DNA of 64,000 nucleotides from Candidatus Eiseniibacteriota bacterium (GTDB taxonomy: Bacteria; Eisenbacteria; RBG-16-71-46): assembly GCA_963717935.1 (NCBI GenBank), contig CAVQXP010000001.1:160001-224000 (forward strand), in the 5' to 3' direction. Positions within the stretch are counted from its first letter, which is position 1, and each line of letters starts with the position of its first letter. The notes under the pieces were generated by a model. The model did not search any database, was not told the origin of the DNA, and saw only the letters and a program-made list of their open reading frames with translations. Position numbers and translations under genes: made by a program. Below, one piece after another: positions 24,927 through 34,945 of the stretch.

Positions 24927-27470
24927 TCAGGCGGTCCGGGCGAAGTCCGTCTGCAGACGAGCCTGGAAGACGGTGATGTCCGCGAAGACCTTCTTCAGCA
25001 CCGAGCGCTCGAGATGGGTCAACTCCTGCAGCTCGATGAAGTTGTCCGGCTCGGCGCCCCGACCGATCTGCGCGGCCTGGTGCGTGAGCCGCATCTGCAT
25101 CAGGGCGGTGTAGGCCTGCGCCAGCTCGTCGTGGCTGGAGGGCAGCAGCAGGCCCTGGTCGCGCAGCCGGCGCAGCCGCTCGATGGTGTTGGTCTCCGCG
25201 AAGCGGTTCTGCAAGGCATACATCCGCGCGAAGTTCACCAGCGGGATGATCGCCGCCTTCACGTTGAACGCCGCCGGATGCTCAGCCGGACGATTCGAGC
25301 TGGATGTTCCCGAAGAACCCGCGCGGGGCCCTGAACTGCAGCGTGCTCTGCGCCAGGTGGAAGAAGAAGGAGTTCTTGTCCTCGCCTTCCAGCAGGTGGT
25401 GCAGGTGCTCTCGCAGCTGCCGCACGTACTCGGCCTCCCCGTACGCGCAACGAAAGTCGAAGAACACGTTCACGTCCAGCAGGTCCTGGGGCCGGGCCGC
25501 GGTCACGCACTCGGTGAAATACCGCCGCCATCGCGACAGGGGCTGGCACCATTTCTCGGTTGCAGGCCATGACCTCGCCCTTGCAGCGCCGGTAGCCGAC
25601 GAGATCCAGCCAGCCGCACACCTTTTCGCCGAGCCGCAGGAAATGGGCCTGCACCGCCTCGTTCTCTTCCGGAGCGACGTCGGCGTAGATGATGGCGTTG
25701 TCCTGGTCGGTGGCCAGGGTCTGTTCCTCCCGCGCCTCGCTGCCCAGGACCACAAAGGCGAACGCGGCCGGCGGCGGTCCGAGTTCGGCCTCGGCCAGCG
25801 CGATCAGCCGCACCAGGATCGCGTCCGACACCGTCGTCATGATCCGGGTGACGCTTTCCACCCGCGCGCCGCTTTCCAGCAGCGCCTTGACGAACACCGG
25901 CAGCTTGGCGCGGCTGTCGCGCAACTCCTCGGGCGACCGGGCCTCCTGGATCTCACCGAGCAGAGCGCCGATCGCGTGGCGCTGCGTGTGGAGGATCTCC
26001 GTGCCCGTGAGGATCCCGCGCGTGGCGCCGCGTTCGTCGGTCACGACCAGGTGCTGCACGCTCCGCTCCTGCATGACGCGCGCGGCTTCGAACAGCAGGG
26101 CGCGGTCCTCGATGCGGACCAGAGGGGCGCTCATGACGGTGGCGACGGGCTCGGTCGCGGGCCGCCCCGCCGCCAGCACCCGGTTGCGCAGATCCTGGTC
26201 GGTCACGATGCCGATCGGCTCCCCGGCGGGGGACTGGACGAGGATGGCGCTGGACTTCGCCCGAGCCATGGCGACGGCGGCCTTGTGGATCGGCGTGTCC
26301 AGGTCACAGGTGGCCAGCGTCAGCGGTGAGGCCTTGATGGACCGCGTGGCCAGCGGCAGCATGCTCTGCAGATCGGCCACCAGGCGGGCGAGGGTCTCCT
26401 CGGTCTTCTTGCGGGCCGCGACGTCCTTGACGGACAGGATCTGCCCCGCCTTGTCACCGATCGTCACCGGGGCGGCTGTGAGCAGCACGTCCACGGCCTC
26501 GCCGTTGCTTGTTGAGGATCCTCGCGCGCCGTTCTGTCGCCGGCGCCGAGGGGTCGCCGTTGGGGACCGACTCCATGATCTTCTCCAACGGCACCTGGAC
26601 CAGTTCCTCCTCCGTGTAGCCCAGCCGGCCGAGCAGCGTCTTGTTCGCGTACACCGGGCGGTCCTGCAGCACCAGCAGGACCCCCTCGGTCGTCCCTTCC
26701 ACCAGCAACCGGTACTTCTCCTCCGATTCGCGCAGCGCCGTTTCCGCGCGCCAGCGCTGGCGCTCGAGGTTGAGTCCCTGCTGGGTGATGTAGGCCAGCA
26801 GCGCGGCGATGATGATGGAGATGCCCACCGAGATCTGAAGGACGCGGCGGATCATCTGGCTGATCTCAGCCCACACGTCTTCGAGGTAGATGCCGGTTCC
26901 CACGATCCAGCCCCAGGGCGCGAAGCCTTTCACGTAGGACAGCTTGGGCACCACGCGTTTCTCGTCGTCCTTCCATTGCCACAGGTAGTCCACGTAGCCG
27001 TCGCCCCTGGCCCGGACCACCTTGGTGAACTCGACGAACAGCCTCTTCCCCGCCGGATCGGAATACTCGAGGAGACTCTGGCCGTTCAACTCCGGGCGGT
27101 AGGGATGCATGACCATGCACGTCTGCGTGTCGGAGATCCAGAAGTAGTCCTTGCCGTCATCCCCGTAGCGCATGTTCTGGATCCGGGCGATGGCGGCCTG
27201 CTGGGCCGCGGCCCGCGAGAGCGCACCCTGCCTTTCCTGTTCATGCAGGCCCGCCAACTCGCTCCAGGCGGCTTGCGTCAACTCGCGAATCATCTCCTTC
27301 TTCCGCTCGATGATGTTCTTCTTCATCGTCGGGATGATGACCACGAAGATCAGGCCGAAGAACAGCGCAAAGGTCAGAATGGCCGGCGAGATGATGTTGA
27401 CGGCGAAATGCCGCCAATGGGGCCGGGGCGGTTGCCGAAGGTCAGCGGTGGGCATGAGTGGGAACCACAC
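24927..27470 (-). CDS. TM-sCache-TM-PAS-CBS pair-DUF294 nucleotidyltransferase-DUF294_C fusion (three apparent indels near 26500, 25560, 25270)
   Basis: MRYG..DYFWI..MVMHP..KLSYV..WGWIVGTGIY (single Cache); YRLLVE..ANK PAS; GIVTDQDLRNRV CBS; LGSEAREEQTLATDQDNA NTase; CKGEVMA, FFDFR, KAAIIPLVNFARMYAL, TNTIERL. Confidence 0.85.
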
Positions 27471-27582
27471 TAAGGGCTCGCGGCCCGGCGGGCCAGCCTG
27501 CCGCCGGCGACGGCCGGCACAGGGCCCGCGCGCGGTCCGATCGCGGCCTGGCCGGACCCCGGGGGGCGACCTCGAGGATCGT

Positions 27583-27629
27583 TGTGAGCGTCGTCATGTG
27601 AGCGTCCACGTTCGTCCATCTCCGTCCAT
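27583..27629. repeat. Phased short direct repeats upstream of the Cache-DUF294 gene
   Basis: CGTCCA[C/T] at 27603, 27613 and 27623; TGTGAGCGTC at 27583 and 27597. Confidence 0.55.
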
Positions 27630-27845
27630 AGACACGAAGCACCCCGAGGATACATAAGTCCTTGGGCCGCATGCCATCTCGTTCTCGCGATGTCCGCTCG
27701 CTTCGCGTCATGTCGCTGATTTCGGTCCCCGCCCCGCGTGAGGAAACCGCTGTTCCATCCTTCCGAGTCATGGGCACGCTCTGTGGCCCGGCATCCGGCC
27801 GCGCAGTTGGCGCGCGACGGGCTCGCGCTCGAGGATCTCCGGTTC

Positions 27846-28928
27846 TCAGAACACCACGTACGCCCCGTCGCGGATGACCAGTTGCCGCCCCGCCGGCCCC
27901 ACCACCACGGCCTCGGCCACCTGGATCGGGTTGCCCTTCGCATAGACGATGTCCTGGTGCACGACGTTCCCGGGTTCGAGGAACGCCTTCACGCCCACGA
28001 CGCCGCCCAGGTGGTCCGAGCGCCCGTAGGCCCAGTGGAAGCCGGCCTTCTCGTCCTCGAGGACGTTGCCGGTGACGACCGCCCAGTCGTTGCAGCCGAA
28101 GGCAACCTCCGCGATGTTGGCGCGGGCCGGATCGGCGGCAAAGAGGGCGCGCAACCGCTCGGCCTCGGGGCCGCGCCCGTCGATCTCCTGGATGCGATTG
28201 GCCCTCACCGACAGGACCACGCGCTCACCGGCGACCTCCACCGGCAAGTCGCCCTCGGTGCGGGACGCCTCGCCGGCCTTCTCGCCCTCGTAGGGCACGA
28301 TGAACGTCTCGCCCGAGGGCAGGTTGATGATCCGGTCTCCCTGCTTGTCGCGGGGCAGGTAGCCGTCGTCCACCTCGGCCTTGCGCCAGCGCAGGTCGAA
28401 GGAGCAGCGCTCGCCGGTGGAAAAGCGCACCTCCAGCCGGTCGGCGCCCTTCAGGGCCGCGTCCAGGATGCCGCAACGGCGGGCCACCTCGCCGTAGTCG
28501 GCCGACAGGGCGCTCTGCTCCATGCGCCGCTCCAGACCTGGCAGCGAGGCGGCGCGGAAGTCGGCCTTTCGGCGGCAGTAGCCGTCGAGCGCGGCGGTGG
28601 CGGAGAACTCGGTCAGGAAGAGCGCCAGCGTGCAGTCCAGGAGGGCCTCGTCCATCGAGACTCCCACGCCGGCCTGGCGGCCGGCTGCGGGCAGGTCGGC
28701 GCCGTTGGCGCCCGTGGCGGCAAAGGTCAACAGCGCGTGCGTCTCGAACCCCCCCGCGCGGCCCAACTCGGCGAACGCCTCACGCCACTCGGCGGCCATG
28801 GCGCGCCGGTCCATCCACTTGGAGTTGTCGGCGATGGAGCCGTGAGGCAGGTCGCAGGCCACCAGCACCACCTCGCCCGGCTCCGTGCGGAACACGTCAG
28901 TCAGCAGCTTCTTCAACTCGAAGGCCAT
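27846..28928 (-). CDS. M29-like aminopeptidase (thermophilic metalloprotease fold)
   Basis: NLPSGETFIVP, IAEVAFGCN, LEDEKAGFHWAYG, HQDIV. Confidence 0.75.
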   Translation of the reverse strand: MAFELKKLLTDVFRTEPGEVVLVACDLPHGSIADNSKWMDRRAMAAEWREAFAELGRAGGFETHALLTFAATGANGADLPAAGRQAGVGVSMDEALLDCTLALFLTEFSATAALDGYCRRKADFRAASLPGLERRMEQSALSADYGEVARRCGILDAALKGADRLEVRFSTGERCSFDLRWRKAEVDDGYLPRDKQGDRIINLPSGETFIVPYEGEKAGEASRTEGDLPVEVAGERVVLSVRANRIQEIDGRGPEAERLRALFAADPARANIAEVAFGCNDWAVVTGNVLEDEKAGFHWAYGRSDHLGGVVGVKAFLEPGNVVHQDIVYAKGNPIQVAEAVVVGPAGRQLVIRDGAYVVF

Positions 28929-29037
28929 GTCATCTCCCCATGCAAGAGACCAGAGGACGCCGGACCGCAGGGTCCACTCGCCATGAACCCGGCGGTCCGG
29001 CGCCCGGGATGCACCACTCCATCGACCCCACCGGCCC

Positions 29038-29427
29038 TCATCCCGCCCCGCGGCTCATCATCACCAGCGCCGCGCCGGTGAAGTAGGCCACCACCCAGTA
29101 GGCGTAGGCGAGCCGCGAATAGAGGTGCAGGCGCTTCCCGAGCAACTCCGCGCCCGCGCCGAGCCGGTGGCGCCACATCAGGAACGTGTCGGTCGCCATG
29201 GCGGCCAGCGCCGAGTATCCCAGCGCGCCGTGCAGGCTCAGACCCTCGCGTTGCGTGGCGAGAATCATGAGCAGCGTGGCGGTCATGTCGAAGGCCACCC
29301 CTGCGCTGAAGGCACCGCACACGCCACGGGTGGCGCGGCGGGCACGCAACTCCTTCACCGCGCCGATGGTGTAGAGCACGAGCGCCGCGGTGACGGTGGT
29401 CACCGCGGCCATGCGCAGTGGCGTCAC
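29038..29427 (-). CDS. Small 4-TM membrane protein, HsmA/TIGR03987-like
   Basis: ALVLYTIG, GVAFDMTAT, SLHGALGYSAL, YWVVAYFTG. Confidence 0.65.
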   Translation of the reverse strand: MTPLRMAAVTTVTAALVLYTIGAVKELRARRATRGVCGAFSAGVAFDMTATLLMILATQREGLSLHGALGYSALAAMATDTFLMWRHRLGAGAELLGKRLHLYSRLAYAYWVVAYFTGAALVMMSRGAG

Positions 29428-29524
29428 GCGGTCCTCCCTCGACGCAAGCCCACTCCTCTGCCCGGAGCCGTGGCGGTCCTCCCGGTCCGTGAACGCGACC
29501 GGACCCCGGCCCGGAGCCCCCTCC

Positions 29525-30319
29525 CTACCACAGCTCCCCCTGCGGCCAGCGGTCCTTCGGATTCACCGTCGCCAGCCCCAGCCGCTTCTTCATCTCGTTC
29601 GCGCTCGCCGGCGAGTGGCCGGCCCAGTGGTTGTTGAAGTAACCGTAGACCTCGCGCACCTCGGGCAACGCACGCTTCAGATCCGCCTCCCACGCATCGA
29701 ACTCCGCCCTGCGGTCCACCTGGACCCGGTCATAGCACCCGATCTCGCGGCGGTCGCCGAGCCAGCGCACGTAGAGGAAATCGGCCGTGACCTCGGTCAG
29801 GCGCGACAGGTCGCGCCACTCGGTCCAGGTCAGCGCCGCGCGATGCCGGCGCAGCAGATCGCAGGTCTGCGCCACCTGCCAGGACGCGTGCCGGAACTCG
29901 ACCGCGAGCCGCACGTCGCGGGGTGCCGCCGCGAGGAAGCGGTCGAGCACGCCTACCGTGCCCTCGTCGCGCTCGAACTCGGCCGGCAACTGCACCAGCA
30001 GGGGCCCGAGCTTCTCCCCCAGCGGCGCCAGCGCCTCCATGAACTCCTTCAGGTGTTCGCCCATGCTCGAGAGCCGGGACTCGTGGGTGATGCGCTGCGG
30101 CACCTTGGCCGCGAAGCGGAAGCCCGCAGGCGAGTGCCGCTCCCAGGAACGCACCACCGACGGCCGCGGCGGATGGTAGAACGTGGTGTCCAGCTCGACC
30201 GTGTCGAAGACCGCGCCGTAGAAGGGCAGCCAGTCCTCCTGCTTCGCGCCCGGCGGATAGAAGGAGCCCACCCAGTCCGCATACGACCAGCCCTGGGTGC
30301 CGATGTGGATCGCCGCCAT
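29525..30319 (-). CDS. DUF72 domain protein
   Basis: IGTQGWSYADWVGSFYP, TVELDTTFY, KVPQRITH, AVEFRHASW, YFNNHWAG. Confidence 0.92.
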   Translation of the reverse strand: MAAIHIGTQGWSYADWVGSFYPPGAKQEDWLPFYGAVFDTVELDTTFYHPPRPSVVRSWERHSPAGFRFAAKVPQRITHESRLSSMGEHLKEFMEALAPLGEKLGPLLVQLPAEFERDEGTVGVLDRFLAAAPRDVRLAVEFRHASWQVAQTCDLLRRHRAALTWTEWRDLSRLTEVTADFLYVRWLGDRREIGCYDRVQVDRRAEFDAWEADLKRALPEVREVYGYFNNHWAGHSPASANEMKKRLGLATVNPKDRWPQGELW

Positions 30320-30338
30320 GGTCCCTCCTCCCCCGTGC

Positions 30339-31304
30339 TCAGCCGGCGGCGGCCGGCTCCGGCCAGGCGAATTCGCCCGCCGGCGGCCCCGAACCGCGAT
30401 CGAGCAGATGACAACCGAAGAACGCCAGGACGTGGCGTTCGTATTCCGCCGGGTGGCGCCTCCAACCCTCGTTGTGGCCTGCGTCGGGGATGATCCACAG
30501 GGGATCCTTCGCCCCGGCCGCGCGCCACAGGCGGCGGGCGTTCTCGCTCGAGAGGCGGTCGTCCTCGAGCGCGTGGATGAGGAACAGCGGCCGGCCGGCG
30601 AGCCGGGCCGCCGCGGACTCGACGTCCACCTCGCCCAGATCGCGGCCCGTCAGCAGGCGGCTCAGCGCCCGCGCGAGATGGGCGCTGCGGCGGGGCAGGC
30701 GCGCCCAGCGCTGCGAGGAGTCTTCCAGCGCGAGCGTGGCGTGAGCGAAGGCGCCGTCCGCGACGACCGCGCGGACCTCCGGGTTCTCCGCCGCGACCAG
30801 CAGCGCCACCGAGCCGCCGAGCGACTCGCCCAGCAGGCCTACGGCGTGGCCGCCCAGCGACGGTTCCGCGCGCAGCCAGTCGAGCGCGGCCTGCGCGTCC
30901 ACCACCTCGTGGTGCCCGAGCGTGGTGGGCCGCCGCCGGCGCCAGCGCGAGGAGCGGAAGTCCACGGCGAACACGCCGTACCCGGCCGCGTGGAGGAACG
31001 CGCCATAGCGCCAGGCGCGCGAGTGCTCGCGGCCGTAGCCATGCAGCACGAGGACCACCGCGCGCTCGCGCGCGGGGAGCAGCCAGCCGTCGAGCGCGTC
31101 ATCCCCATCCAGCGGGACGCGGACGCGCTGCGCCACGCGGTCGAGGTCGGGGGCGCCACCCAGGTCGCGGGGCAGGAAGGGAAAGAAGCCGAGCCACACG
31201 GCCCCGCCCAGGAGCAGGGCCGCGGCCGCGAACACCGCCGCCACCACACCGCCCGCGACGAGCGCGTCGCCCGCCGCAAGCACCAGCTCGCTCACGATCA
31301 CCAT
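30339..31304 (-). CDS. Membrane-anchored alpha/beta hydrolase
   Basis: N-terminal TM, LHGYG, GESLGG nucleophile elbow, EDD acid, AGHN histidine. Confidence 0.85.
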   Translation of the reverse strand: MVIVSELVLAAGDALVAGGVVAAVFAAAALLLGGAVWLGFFPFLPRDLGGAPDLDRVAQRVRVPLDGDDALDGWLLPARERAVVLVLHGYGREHSRAWRYGAFLHAAGYGVFAVDFRSSRWRRRRPTTLGHHEVVDAQAALDWLRAEPSLGGHAVGLLGESLGGSVALLVAAENPEVRAVVADGAFAHATLALEDSSQRWARLPRRSAHLARALSRLLTGRDLGEVDVESAAARLAGRPLFLIHALEDDRLSSENARRLWRAAGAKDPLWIIPDAGHNEGWRRHPAEYERHVLAFFGCHLLDRGSGPPAGEFAWPEPAAAG

Positions 31305-31381
31305 GCCGCGGACTATCGCACCGCAGCGAAGAGGCGGGCAAACCCCGCCCGGCGCGGCGGGCGGGTGACGAAGGCTGCGCC

Positions 31382-33028
31382 TCAGTCGACGCTGGCCAGG
31401 TCCTCGACGAACGCCGCGGCCGACAGGGCACCGCCGGTCGCCCGGTGCAGGGTCTCCCGCCAGTCGAGTGTCCGGCCCCCCCGGTAGAGCCGCTCGACCA
31501 GGAAGGCCCCGACGTCGGGGCTCGTCACGTAGCGCTCCCCCACACCGGGCCCGCCACCCAGCAGCACGCGCCGCAGGTGGGCCTGGAGCTGCGAAGCCAT
31601 CATCTCGCCGAGCATGTAGTTGTGGTAGTAGACCGGCGCGGTGCTGAAGTGGACCTTGCTCGCCCAGTCGGGCGAGCGGCGTCCCGCGGGGCGCCTGACG
31701 AGCTGGTAGCGCTCGACCAGGTCCCACCACAGAGAGTCCAGGTCCTGCCCGGGATCACGGTACAGGGCCCGTTCCATGTGGCACATCACCAGCATCCAGC
31801 GCGTCTGCACCAGCAACTGGTCGCGGGAGGCCCGCGCGCAGGCGGCACCCGCCGCGCGGGCCTCGTCCGCCGGCACCCCGGCATGGTGCTCGAGCCAGGC
31901 GGCATCCTTCGGGAGGCGCCCGAACAGCATCGCACTCGCCTCGGTCGTGAGGATGTGCGCGGGCTCGCGCAGGACGAACGGCAGCGCCCGGTCGATGTGC
32001 CGGTCGTAGACCGCGTGCCCGAACTCGTGCAGCAGGGTGCCCATCCAGTACTGCGTGGGCCTCAGGTTGCACAGCACCCGGATGTCGTCGCCGCGGTCCA
32101 TGCACATGCAGAAGGCGTGCTGGCTCTTGCCCGGCCGCTCGTAGAGGTCGGCCCGCGCCAGCAGGTCGCGCACGTCGAGTCCCACGGCCTCGAAGGAGCG
32201 CACGAGCATCTCCTCGAGCGGGCGGCCGGCGAAGTGGCGGTCGAGATCGAGCTCCAGGGCCGGTGCCTCCTGGAAGAACGGATCGGCGCAGTGCCAGGGC
32301 CGCAGCTCCGCGGGCGCGACGCCGAAACGGACCGCGAGGCGGGCGTCGAGGCCGCGCTTGTAGACTTCGAAGAGCGGGCGGGTGCCGCGCTCGAGCTCGT
32401 CCAGCAGGCCGAAGAGCCCCGCCTCGTCCAGCTCATCGAGGGTCAGGCGCATCGTGTAGTAGTTGTCGAAACCCAGAGAGCGGGCGGCCTCGTTCCGCAG
32501 CCGCACCAACTCGAGCAGGTCGGGCGCCACCTCGGTGCCGATCTGCTTCGCGGCCTCCCAGGCGCGGCGGCGCGCGGCGGAGTCTTCCGATTCGATCAGC
32601 ACGCGCCGAAGGTCGTTGTCGAGGACACGCCGGCCGTCCAGTTCGGCGCGGAAGGCGTTGAAACGGCTCTCGAGCTGCTTTTCCAGCCGCACCAGCCGCG
32701 CGATCATCGCAGGCTCGAGCTGCTGGCCCCGGTACGAGTTCAGCAGGAGCGTGAGCTGGCGCGCCAGGAGCGGGTCCTCGGCCCCCCCCGCGGCGGCCAG
32801 GGCGCGAAGCGATTCGTACTCGTCGGAACGCGAGAAGACGGTACGGATCTCCGTATCGAGCCGCGCCGCCTCCTCCTCCGCGGACGGATCGCCGGTGACG
32901 CTCGCCTGCCAGTAGGCAAGGCTGTGCCGCAGATGGAGCGGCTCGATCTCGGCGACCAATCGGCCGATGGCCACCGAGAGGGCCTGCTCGCGCTCCTCGA
33001 CGGTGGTCTTCGCGGTCTCCACGCGCAC
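31382..33028 (-). CDS. M2/M3 family metallopeptidase (peptidyl-dipeptidase-like)
   Basis: DPFFQEAP, GKSQHAFC, LHEFGH, TTEASAM, HFSTAPVYYHNY. Confidence 0.88.
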   Translation of the reverse strand: MRVETAKTTVEEREQALSVAIGRLVAEIEPLHLRHSLAYWQASVTGDPSAEEEAARLDTEIRTVFSRSDEYESLRALAAAGGAEDPLLARQLTLLLNSYRGQQLEPAMIARLVRLEKQLESRFNAFRAELDGRRVLDNDLRRVLIESEDSAARRRAWEAAKQIGTEVAPDLLELVRLRNEAARSLGFDNYYTMRLTLDELDEAGLFGLLDELERGTRPLFEVYKRGLDARLAVRFGVAPAELRPWHCADPFFQEAPALELDLDRHFAGRPLEEMLVRSFEAVGLDVRDLLARADLYERPGKSQHAFCMCMDRGDDIRVLCNLRPTQYWMGTLLHEFGHAVYDRHIDRALPFVLREPAHILTTEASAMLFGRLPKDAAWLEHHAGVPADEARAAGAACARASRDQLLVQTRWMLVMCHMERALYRDPGQDLDSLWWDLVERYQLVRRPAGRRSPDWASKVHFSTAPVYYHNYMLGEMMASQLQAHLRRVLLGGGPGVGERYVTSPDVGAFLVERLYRGGRTLDWRETLHRATGGALSAAAFVEDLASVD

Positions 33029-33124
33029 TCCTCCCGGGCCCGGCGGGTCAGCGGATCGCGGGGATTCTAGCAGAAGCCCGCCGCGCCAAGGCGCTGCGGG
33101 GCGCAGACGTCTTCGCCGCGTCCG

Positions 33125-33661
33125 CTACGCGGCCCGTCCCGTGCCGTCCCGGAAGGCCTCCTCGTCGAGGCCCGTGACGGAGGCACCCGCGCTCTCCGAG
33201 AGCCGCAGTCCGACCACGCCGGACGGATGGACCAGGTGCGGACCCACCGAAGTGAGCACGACGAAGAAACCTCCGACCTGCTGGTTCATGAAGTCCGAGA
33301 GCCGCTGGCTCTCCCGCTGCAGCGGCATCCAGACCTTGCCCTGCAGGACCAGTCCGTCGGCCAGCACGATCTCGGCCTCCTCCTCGCGCCAGGGCTGGAA
33401 GCCCCGCGTGAAGACATCGGTCTGCAGCACCAGCCGCCCGGGCGTGACGCGCACCAGCCGCGATTTGTTGAAGAGGTGGACACGCCCGTCTTCACCGATC
33501 GCGGCCGGCAGGAACGGCGTCGATTCGTTCAACTTCTCGAGGATGGTCTGGTGCCGGGCGCCGGAGGCGTCCAGATCGAGGAAGATCGAGCCGGCCACGC
33601 CCTGCAGGTCCCGGGACCAGAGGGTGACGGACACGCGGCGCTTCGGGATGTAGTGATCCAT
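33125..33661 (-). CDS. Hypothetical protein with two repeated small beta domains (DUF6812-like)
   Basis: GAGG RBS; halves GSIFL..TILEKLN..FLP / GKVWM..RLSDFMN..FFV. Confidence 0.65.
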   Translation of the reverse strand: MDHYIPKRRVSVTLWSRDLQGVAGSIFLDLDASGARHQTILEKLNESTPFLPAAIGEDGRVHLFNKSRLVRVTPGRLVLQTDVFTRGFQPWREEEAEIVLADGLVLQGKVWMPLQRESQRLSDFMNQQVGGFFVVLTSVGPHLVHPSGVVGLRLSESAGASVTGLDEEAFRDGTGRAA

Positions 33662-33739
33662 CGCGGACCTCGCCAGGCCCTTCCCGGGCCGGGATGTGGG
33701 GCAGGAATGCGCTCCTGACGACGGGGCGCGGCACCTCTA

Positions 33740-33755
33740 AGCAACCGGCCTGCCG
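33740..33755 (-). promoter_or_regulatory. Candidate sigma54 (-24/-12) promoter
   Basis: Minus strand CGGCAGGCCGGTTGCT (GG-N10-GC) about 80 nt upstream of the 33661 start. Confidence 0.45.
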
Positions 33756-34066
33756 CCATGCCGCCCGCGCCATCCGTGCCGTCCGACCGCGCGAAAACCG
33801 CGCACAGCCGGCCTGCGCTCCTCCTCCGCGGCCCGGGACGCCGGATGCCCGGCCGCGGTGGCGTTGCACTCCGCAACGAGGGGCGGGGGCGGCGCGTGGT
33901 CCTGCACGAAACCGGACATCACCCGGATGGGCCCCGCGCCATGCCCCACGGCCCTGCTGCGGACCCCCGCCGCCGCCGCACCCCCTGGCCGGGAACGCGC
34001 CCGTGGGGGAAGCCTGCCGCTGGCGCTGCGAGGAGCCGACGAGCGTGACCGCGCGCGGCCCGCGGA

Positions 34067-34732
34067 TCACCTCGGGATGACGCTCGCGACCCTGAAGCGG
34101 AAGGAGTAGGTCCGCGGCTGGTCCTCGACGCGGAAGACCAGGTCCACGCCGAACTCCTTGTCGGAGAACTGCGGGGCGGTCGTGTCCTCGGGCAGCAGCG
34201 GACGGTGCAACTGCTGGTCGCTGCCCGCCGGATCGACCAGGTAGTCCATGGGCAGCACATAGTCGCTGTAGCGCTGCAGGCCCGCGATCTGCGTCGGCGC
34301 CTGCACGTTGAAGCGGTCGGCCCAACGCGTGGTCGCATGGGCGACCTGGCCCCTCCCCTCCCGTGGATCATGGAACACCGAGCGGTCCCACTCGATCCAC
34401 ACCGGCCGGTCCTGGCGGTTCTCCACCTGCAGGTAGAGGGCCTTCGGCGCGGGCCGGAAGTAGAACGAGAGATCGCGATCCTGGAAGGTGAAGCGATCGC
34501 TCCCCGGCTGCACCTGGGTGAACCGGTAGCGGTAGAGAGCCGTGGCCGACCCCGGAGCGGAGGCCGTGGAGTCGTCGGCCCCGGTCACGAGGGTCAGGAC
34601 ATCGGCCGACGACGCGGCCACCGGCTCAGCCGCTCCGGGCGGCGCTCCGCCCGGCGGGCTGGAGGCACAGCCACTCAGGAATGCAGCCACGACAGACGCG
34701 GCAATCAGGGGCATGGGCTTCGTGGACGCCAC
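34067..34732 (-). CDS. Hypothetical lipoprotein
   Basis: Lipobox LSGC after a hydrophobic leader, low-complexity linker, beta-rich domain. Confidence 0.75.
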   Translation of the reverse strand: MASTKPMPLIAASVVAAFLSGCASSPPGGAPPGAAEPVAASSADVLTLVTGADDSTASAPGSATALYRYRFTQVQPGSDRFTFQDRDLSFYFRPAPKALYLQVENRQDRPVWIEWDRSVFHDPREGRGQVAHATTRWADRFNVQAPTQIAGLQRYSDYVLPMDYLVDPAGSDQQLHRPLLPEDTTAPQFSDKEFGVDLVFRVEDQPRTYSFRFRVASVIPR

Positions 34733-34945
34733 GGAGCGAGACTAGCCGCACGGGGAAGAACCCGTCAAGGACTCATGCGCCCCGCCGTCCGGGGGCCCAC
34801 GCCGAAGCCCGCTTCGCCCGCGACGCGTGCGCCCTGCCCACCACCCGACCGTCCGGCAGCAAGAAGGGGGGCCCGACCGTGGGATCCGGCGACGGCGAAG
34901 ATCGCCCCGCGGTCCGGCCCGCGTCCCCCGGAAGCCGGGGGCGGC

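Noticed and set aside
21938..24976. 1012-aa ActP fusion
   Set aside because: After about 23505 the true ActP continues in ORF 23508..23870; the remainder is off-frame or antisense to the phosphoesterase
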